Origin: Pseudomonadota bacterium
GTDB lineage: Bacteria; Myxococcota_A; UBA796; SXON01
Assembly: GCA_039800105.1 (NCBI GenBank)
Contig: JBDLRI010000098.1
Location: 4,427 to 68,426, forward strand
Length of the DNA: 64,000 bases
Direction of reading: 5' to 3'
Shown: one piece after another, positions 58,401-64,000 of the stretch
How positions within the stretch are numbered: position 1 is the stretch's first letter
Layout: the number at the start of each line of letters is the position of its first letter
Notes under the pieces: generated by a model
Databases searched by the model: none
The model's input: the letters and a program-made list of their open reading frames with translations, nothing else
Told to the model about the DNA's origin: nothing
Program-made: the position numbers and the translations under genes

Positions 58401-58584
58401 GGAATCCCGGCCCTCCCGCGCGCACGGCCTTGTGGAAGGCGACGCTTCCGTAGAGCCCGTCCCGATCGGTGAGCGCCATCCCCGCGAGACCCAGCGCCCG
58501 CGCCTGCGTCACCAACTCCTCGGGCGACGACGCCCCCTCGCGGAAGCTGAAGTGCGACCGCGCGAGCAGCTCCACGTGGGCCAC
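55483..58584 (-). CDS. dnaE2: Error-prone DNA polymerase III alpha-like subunit DnaE2
   Basis: The C-terminal 1033 codons of the 1680-aa track ORF. Begins VAHVELLARSHFSFREGASSPEELV...LTDRDGLYG (PHP domain). Has the polymerase core (GRGSAANSAVCFVLGVT, DIDIDFEH) and an OB-fold C-terminus. The start at GTG 58584 is inferred, because the frame is open upstream into imuB. Confidence 0.88.
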   Translation of the reverse strand: MAHVELLARSHFSFREGASSPEELVTQARALGLAGMALTDRDGLYGSVAFHKAVRAGGPGFRALHGALVAVRMPEGEAPGTLRSLGVLVRDAGGWARLCRWIGEARAADRDHPSLSYARVREDADGLILLPRGDWPASRLAELREAAPERVYRAVSRSLAPGEEARVGALVEEAEALGIPAVAVGDVLAHDASRGDLLDVLTCIRRGTTLARAGRLLAPNAERYLKSPEEMARLFHAWPALLERTVGIAEQCTFSMEALSYVYPQEVVPGGGGEGGYTPSGWLRELCRRGMHARYAGRPPASVARQVAYELGIIERLGFASYFLTVHDIVRFARERGILCQGRGSAANSAVCFVLGVTSVDPAHQSLLFERFISEERGEPPDIDIDFEHERREEVLQYVYERYGRDRAAMVNEVIRWRGRSAVRDVGRAMGLDAERVEHLAGLLDHGRRGPPDPVRLREAGFDPDDPRVVHVHTMCAQLQGAPRHTSVHVGGFVISDPPLCDRAPIEPARMEGRTVLQWDKDDVDALGFVKVDLLSLGMLTAIRRAFDHVRAFHGVQLDLASIPREDPAVYELLCAADSTGVFQVESRAQQGMLPRLKPRCFYDLVVETAIVRPGPIQGGMVHPYLRRRAGEEEVSYVDPRLEPILARTLGVPIFQEQVMAMAVAVGGFTPGEADQLRRAMGAWRRRGALGPIGERLQAGLRANGIPEDYAAQIFAQIQGFAEYGFPESHAASFAHLVYVSAWLRTHHPAAFCAALLDSQPMGFYAPRSLVADAQRHGVEVRPVDVRASSWDCSLEGGVDGPALRLGLRMVRGLGAEDGQRVVAARHVRDFSGLADLARRTGLGRGVLRRLARAGALDGLLEAPSSRTAAWAVGALDAGLFAGIEPSCDVELPPMAPFEALREAYGAVGLDVGEHPLGIVRAQLTHEGVISLAGLSGLAHGTRVEIAGLVAHRQRPGTASGVVFLGLEDETGTANVVVWPTLYERRRSVVRGEPYLRISGIVQRQGAAVSVLAQGIRAVPQIPRLPARSRDFR

Positions 58585-60171
58585 GGGGGCTCCGGCATGC
58601 CGCGATCGCTTCTGGGGCGGGGGCTCGGGCCGCCCCCGCAACGCCCCGGCCACCCCGGCGTCGAACCATCCGTGCAGGAACCAGGCTTCTCCCGAGCGGA
58701 AGACCCACGCGCGGCGCTCTCCCACCGCAACACACCAGTAATCGCGGGTCCAGCCCGGGAGACCGTCGCGCCCCTCGCGCCCGCCCACCAGGCGCTCGGG
58801 CCCGTCGGCGCGCAGGATCCCCAGCCAGGCACCTCCGAGCTGGATCGCCACGGGTCGCTCCTGCGGATCGCGGCGCACCCGCACCACGACGGGCTCCCGA
58901 CACAGGACCGCCGGGCGCGGGCGTGCCTCCGCCGGCGCGAGATGCGCCTCCGCGGGGTCGGGCCGCAGGGGGGACTCCCCGGTCTCCTCCGGGGGTGCAT
59001 CGGCCGAGGCCCACGGGCGGAAGCGCCATTCGGCGTCCGGGGTCCAGCTGCTGCAGGGCTCCCACACGCCCACCGCGTCGGTCCCGAGGGCATCCTGAAG
59101 GCGCGCGCACACCTCCGGGAGCGGCTCCTGCGCCTCCGGGCGGTCCAGGAGGCCGAGCTGCACGGGCGCGTGGGCCACGTCACCACACAACCCGACCTCC
59201 ACGGCCACGACCGGTGCCTGGAGCCGCACATGCTCCAGGCGGGCGCGGACCAGCGGAAACAACCGCTCCACGCTGCGTGCGGGGCGTCCGAGCCGCACGG
59301 CGACGTGGACGGTCGGCGACGCTCCCTCCAGCTCCAGGGCGAGCTCGAGCCGCACGGCGGAGCGTCCGGCGCGGACGAGATCCCGCGCCAGGTCCCGCAG
59401 GAGGGCGTGCACCACGAAGATCACCGCGTCGAGCTGCTCCACGGGCTCCAGGAGATCCGTGCGGTGGCGGAGCGCCTCCACCGGCCGCACCACGAGAGGA
59501 GCGACCGGGAGCCGTGGCCCCGGGTCCCCCCGCGCGCGGGCGTGCAGCGCCACGACGGCGGCGCCGTGGCGTCGCACCAGCACCGCGGCGGGCAGCCGCG
59601 CAAAGGCGCCACAGGTCCGGACCCCGGCCAGCTCGAGGTCCGCACGCAGCTCCGCGGGCAGATCGAGCACCTCGACCGGCAGCGGTGCCAGGACCCCGGG
59701 GAGCGCCTCCGCCGACACCACCGCGTCGGCGTCCAGGCTCCGCGCGAGCAGGAGGGCCTCGTCCGGACCGGGAGCGTGCACGATCCGGGCGCGATGCCCG
59801 AAACCCTCCAGCTCCGCACGCACCGCCGGGCCGACCTCCGGACCCGCGTCGAGGCAGAGCCCGTCCGGGGGTTCGACCCGCACGACGGGGCCATGACGCT
59901 CGAGCAACCTCCCGAGCGCGCGCAGGTCCTCGCGGACGCCCTCCGGATCCAACGTTTCCACATGCACGTCCGGCACCAGCGCGCGGGCGGTGGCGAGGCT
60001 CATGCCCGGCGCCAGCCCCGATGCGCCCGCGCGCAGGCTCGTCGCAAGGACCCGGGGAGCCCCGCGCGTCATCGCCACGACCACGACCGGCGCATCGGGA
60101 AGCCAACCGCCCCGCTCCAGCACGAACCCCGGCAGGTGGATGCCGAGACAGCCGCCGCGTCCCTGCGTCAC
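58585..60171 (-). CDS. imuB: ImuB, Y-family-polymerase-like protein; no stop codon of its own, reads through into dnaE2
   Basis: GTG start at 60171 (GTGA overlap with the imuA stop). Has CLGIHLPGFVLERG...VVVVA....RVLATSLRAGASGLAPGMSLATARAL (Y-family palm-like N-terminus without obvious catalytic acidic residues) and ends ...GEAWFLHGWFD. A 25-codon linker containing repeat copy 9 follows. Confidence 0.78.
58613..58647 (+). repeat. GC-rich hairpin repeat, copy 9 (at the imuB/dnaE2 junction)
   Basis: TGGGGCGGGGGCTCGGGCCGCCCCCGCAACGCCCC. On the coding (minus) strand it is read as GVAGALRGRPEPPPQ. Confidence 0.9.
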
Positions 60172-60827
60172 GCACGGCCTCCCCGGGGGAAGGCGAGCAC
60201 GCGCGGCGCGGCCGGTTCCTCCGCGTGGAGCGCCACGACGCGTTGCTCCCCGGCACGCCCGCGCCGGTGCTGCACGCAATGGACCCGCACCCCCGACTCC
60301 CCGGCCCAGCCCTCCACGAGGAGTCGACAGGTTGCGGGCAGCGCCGGATCTCCACCCTCGACGACCGAGAACACCGTGCAACGACCGGCCTCGGCCGCGC
60401 GGGCGAGCCGCAACCCCGCGCGCCCGAGGCGCGGCATCCCGACGAGCAGTACGGCACCGACGGCACCGGAGCGCGCCACCTGTTCCGCGGACCATGCGGC
60501 CCGCATCCCGCCAGGACGCACCCACACGACGTGCGCGTCCGCGCAGCCGGAAACACAGCCCGGATGCAACTCTCCGGAGGCGTCCACGACACAGGCGGCC
60601 TCACCGCTCCGCCGCAGGGCCGCGAGTGCGGGAAGGACGAGTGCCAACCGGCCGCTGCCGGGCGCGCCCGCGATCTCGATCAGCCCCGGACGCGCCCACG
60701 GCCCGAGCCATCGCTCCAGCGCGGGCAGTCCGCAGTCCAGGCCCGCGTCCCGGAACCGCGAGGAATCCAGGGCGGCCGCACCGTAGCGCTCCCGCAACGC
60801 ATCCAACGACAGGGGTTGTCGACCCAT
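60168..60827 (-). CDS. imuA: ImuA (RecA/SulA-like induced-mutagenesis protein)
   Basis: 219 aa. LIEIAGAPGSGRLALVLPALA is a degenerate RecA-like P-loop. First gene of the imuA-imuB-dnaE2 cassette. Confidence 0.75.
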   Translation of the reverse strand: MGRQPLSLDALRERYGAAALDSSRFRDAGLDCGLPALERWLGPWARPGLIEIAGAPGSGRLALVLPALAALRRSGEAACVVDASGELHPGCVSGCADAHVVWVRPGGMRAAWSAEQVARSGAVGAVLLVGMPRLGRAGLRLARAAEAGRCTVFSVVEGGDPALPATCRLLVEGWAGESGVRVHCVQHRRGRAGEQRVVALHAEEPAAPRVLAFPRGGRA

Positions 60828-60829
60828 GA

Positions 60830-60846
60830 CCTGAACATACGTCCAG
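60830..60846 (-). promoter_or_regulatory. Candidate LexA (SOS) box immediately upstream of imuA
   Basis: The minus strand reads CTGGACGTATGTTCAGG. It matches 15 of 17 positions of the Myxococcus xanthus LexA motif CTRHAMRYBYGTTCAGS (recalled from memory). It also fits the CTG-N10-CAG imperfect palindrome. Confidence 0.45.
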
Positions 60847-60862
60847 CCATGCCGGGCGACAA
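60834..60862 (-). promoter_or_regulatory. Candidate imuA promoter overlapped by the LexA box
   Basis: On the minus strand: TTGTCG (60857-60862) - 17 nt - TATGTT (60834-60839). The -10 lies inside the LexA-like box. The ATG lies 6 nt after the -10, so the transcript would be leaderless or nearly so. Confidence 0.3.
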
Positions 60863-60869
60863 GCCCGAA

Positions 60870-60888
60870 CCGGACATAATCTGTCCGG
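60870..60888 (-). terminator. Perfect 7-bp inverted repeat (CCGGACA-taatc-TGTCCGG) downstream of the GAF gene
   Basis: On the minus strand the hairpin is followed by TTCGGGCTT, a weak U-tract. It could be a terminator for the GAF gene or a protein-binding palindrome. Confidence 0.3.
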
Positions 60889-60909
60889 TCGAATCAAACC
60901 GCGTTCAGG

Positions 60910-61725
60910 TCACAGCATGGCCGTCTGCAGCCACGCCCCCAGCGCGTTGCTCACCGTCTCCGCGACTTCCAGGTCCTCGGCCCCGAAGCGGCGAGGCGGG
61001 TTCAGCAGCTGCATGCAGCCGTAGGAGGCCCCGTCCGGCGTCCGCACCGGTACGGACAGGATCCCCTTCGTCTGGTACTTGGTCTGCTTGTCGACCTGGC
61101 TGTAGTGTCGCTCGTCCGCACGGGCATCCTCGATGACCACGCCCATGATGAAGTCGTGCGAGAAGCCCGCGATCCCGTCGCGCGCGGGAATCGTGGTGTC
61201 CAGGACGCGGGACGCGGCCGGGCCGACGGCGGAGGCGAACCGAAGGTGCTCGCCGCTGCGCGTCTGCAGGAGCACGGCGCCCGCATCGGCGGGCACCAGC
61301 TCGTGCAGCACCTTGAGCGCCTGGTCGCACGCGCCACGGATGTCCGTGGCGGCGGAGATCTCCGCGCACCGCTCGAACAGCTCCACCATGCGGTCGATAT
61401 CCGCCTCGCGCACCGGGGGGGGAGGAGGACGCGGCGCGTCACCCGCATCCGCCACGAGCTCGCTGACGGCGCGATCACTGCCGAGCACGTCATCCGTGGA
61501 CGAGGGCGTGGCGGACGCCGCACCCGCGGGGACGATCCGAACCTTCGTGCCCGTGACGGGATCCTCGGCCTCGGCGCCGCCACCGTCGAGGATGGAGCAG
61601 ACGAGCCGACCGAGGGACCCCTGCGGGAGCCCGAGCTGCGGCAATGCCGCGCTGAGCGCCCCGAGCCAGTTCCCGGCCTCCACGGTGACACTCTTGCCGC
61701 TGCTGCTGACGTTCCACGAAGCCAT
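60910..61725 (-). CDS. GAF domain-containing protein
   Basis: Start at ATG 61725 (MASWNVSSSG). Small N-domain, a Pro-rich linker (PRPPPPPV), then a GAF-like domain (LHELVPADAGAVLL...LRFASAVGP...GIAGF...DERHYSQVD...ILSVPV). Confidence 0.7.
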   Translation of the reverse strand: MASWNVSSSGKSVTVEAGNWLGALSAALPQLGLPQGSLGRLVCSILDGGGAEAEDPVTGTKVRIVPAGAASATPSSTDDVLGSDRAVSELVADAGDAPRPPPPPVREADIDRMVELFERCAEISAATDIRGACDQALKVLHELVPADAGAVLLQTRSGEHLRFASAVGPAASRVLDTTIPARDGIAGFSHDFIMGVVIEDARADERHYSQVDKQTKYQTKGILSVPVRTPDGASYGCMQLLNPPRRFGAEDLEVAETVSNALGAWLQTAML

Positions 61726-61800
61726 GACGCGCTCCCTCGAGACGCCGCAACGTATGCCGTGCGAGGGGGGCACCGCAACCCGCACACGTTAGCGGACGGC

Positions 61801-62172
61801 ATGGTCCGCGACACCCCTGCCCCCGGCCTGGCGTTCGCCGGCGTCCTCGGCGCCGTGGGTGTCGCCACCGCCGCGTTCGGCACCCATGCCCTGCGCGACC
61901 GGATCCCGGCCGCCCGCCTGGCCACGTGGGAAACGGCGAGCCGCATGCACCTGCTCCACGCGGTCGTGCTGCTCGCGCTCGCGCTCGCGGGGGATCCCGC
62001 GCCCGGCGCACGGCGGGCGCTCACCGTCGGCACGCTGATCTTCGCCGGCAGCTTGTACCTGCTCGTCCTCCTCGAACTCCCCGTGCTCGGCGCGGTCACG
62101 CCGCTCGGCGGTCTGGCGCTGATCACCGGCTGGTCGATGCTGGCGTGGCACGGGTTACGACGCCGCCCATGA
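61801..62172 (+). CDS. DUF423 (YgdD-like) small membrane protein
   Basis: 123 aa. GVLGAVGVATAAFGTHAL....WETASRMHLLHAVVLLAL...GTLIFAGSLYLL is the typical DUF423 pattern. Confidence 0.75.
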   Translation: MVRDTPAPGLAFAGVLGAVGVATAAFGTHALRDRIPAARLATWETASRMHLLHAVVLLALALAGDPAPGARRALTVGTLIFAGSLYLLVLLELPVLGAVTPLGGLALITGWSMLAWHGLRRRP

Positions 62173-62732
62173 TGATGCTGTGGTTCCACGTCGCGGCGCT
62201 CACCCTCGGGGGGGCGCTGCTGGTGTTCTCCGCCGCCGGGCTCGACAAGGACGTGGACGCCCACCACGCGGAGCCGGGCGACCTCGCGCACGGTGTCGAT
62301 TCCTCCGCCGCGCTCGCCGTCCTCGGCTCGCTGCGCTTCTGGACGTTCTTCCTCGCCGCGTTCGGCGCCGCGGGCCTGCTGCTCCACGCCGTCGGGCTGT
62401 CCGTGTGGTGGCGGCTGCCGCTGTCGCTCGCCACCGGCGTCGTCATCGGCGTGGGCGCATGGTGGGCCTTCCGCGTGCTCGCGATCGGCACGGTCAACAG
62501 CGCCCTCGACACCCGCTCGCTGGCCGGCAAGGAGGGCGACGTCGTGCTCGCCGTCGCGCCGGACCGCCCGGGGAAGGTCCGTATCGCCCACCAGGGCCAG
62601 CACATCGAGATGTTCGCCTCGACCCGCGAGCCCGTCACGATCGCCCGAGGTGCCCGCGTTCTCGTCGTCGAGGTGCGCGACGGGTGCGCCGACGTCACGC
62701 CGCTCGCCCCGTCCCATCCCTCCCCCCACTGA
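62169..62732 (+). CDS. NfeD-family membrane protein (OB-fold C-terminus)
   Basis: Start at ATG 62169 (ATGA overlap). TM helices, then GKEGDVVLAV..PGKVRI...QHIEMFAST...IARGARVLVVEV. Lies directly upstream of a flotillin/SPFH gene. Confidence 0.75.
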   Translation: MMMLWFHVAALTLGGALLVFSAAGLDKDVDAHHAEPGDLAHGVDSSAALAVLGSLRFWTFFLAAFGAAGLLLHAVGLSVWWRLPLSLATGVVIGVGAWWAFRVLAIGTVNSALDTRSLAGKEGDVVLAVAPDRPGKVRIAHQGQHIEMFASTREPVTIARGARVLVVEVRDGCADVTPLAPSHPSPH

Positions 62733-62746
62733 CCCCCGGAGTGCCC

Positions 62747-64000
<1,254 letters not shown>

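Noticed and set aside
9328-58647. Whether the nine short palindromic repeats could be a CRISPR array or its remnants.
   Set aside because: Copies are 1-10 kb apart, occur in both orientations and lie inside unrelated genes. There are no regularly spaced spacers and no cas genes in the window.
60893-60909. A second GTTCAGG-containing sequence (atcaaaccgcGTTCAGG), considered as a second LexA box.
   Set aside because: Only about 7 of 10 of the upstream degenerate positions fit. It abuts the stop of the GAF gene on the + strand, so it is too weak to call.

Overview
This is a very GC-rich window (over 70% by eye) of densely packed bacterial chromosome. I found no rRNA, tRNA, CRISPR array, transposase or integrase. 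The high GC content produces many long spurious ORFs in the track. I kept only frames whose translations show recognisable family motifs. CDS coordinates include the stop codon.

About 58 genes are supported:
- ahpF-ahpC with divergent oxyR
- hrpB and an Upf1-like SF1 helicase
- a glutamine-transaminase/omega-amidase pair
- a DprE1/DprE2-like oxidase/reductase pair, with gluQ
- a VKOR-DsbA/TlpA oxidative-folding operon
- trmB, rsgA and sucB
- a complete oleABCD olefin operon
- a tightly coupled trxB-M16-M16-paaI-bpt-MTHFS operon
- queG and ppk1
- pstSCAB-phoU
- a large HExxH/PD40/Omp85 outer-membrane protein
- slt, lpxH and rarA
- a CbbQ/NorQ plus CbbO/NorD pair, followed by a hyper-acidic ORF
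- the imuA-imuB-dnaE2 mutagenesis cassette with a Myxococcus-type LexA box
- a GAF protein and DUF423-NfeD-flotillin

The LexA-box type and gene content suggest a Myxococcota-like organism. That is an inference only.

The most unusual signal is a family of nine 33-39 bp GC-rich hairpin repeats (TGGGGCGGRGGGG-loop-CCCCYCCGCAACGCCCC). Every copy sits inside an open reading frame, is stop-free, and is translated as a Gly/Ala/Pro/Ser/Thr-rich insert. One copy lies at the imuB/dnaE2 junction, where no stop codon separates the two genes. This resembles Rickettsia palindromic elements rather than classical intergenic REPs.

All calls come from by-eye translation and motif recognition. No searches were run.
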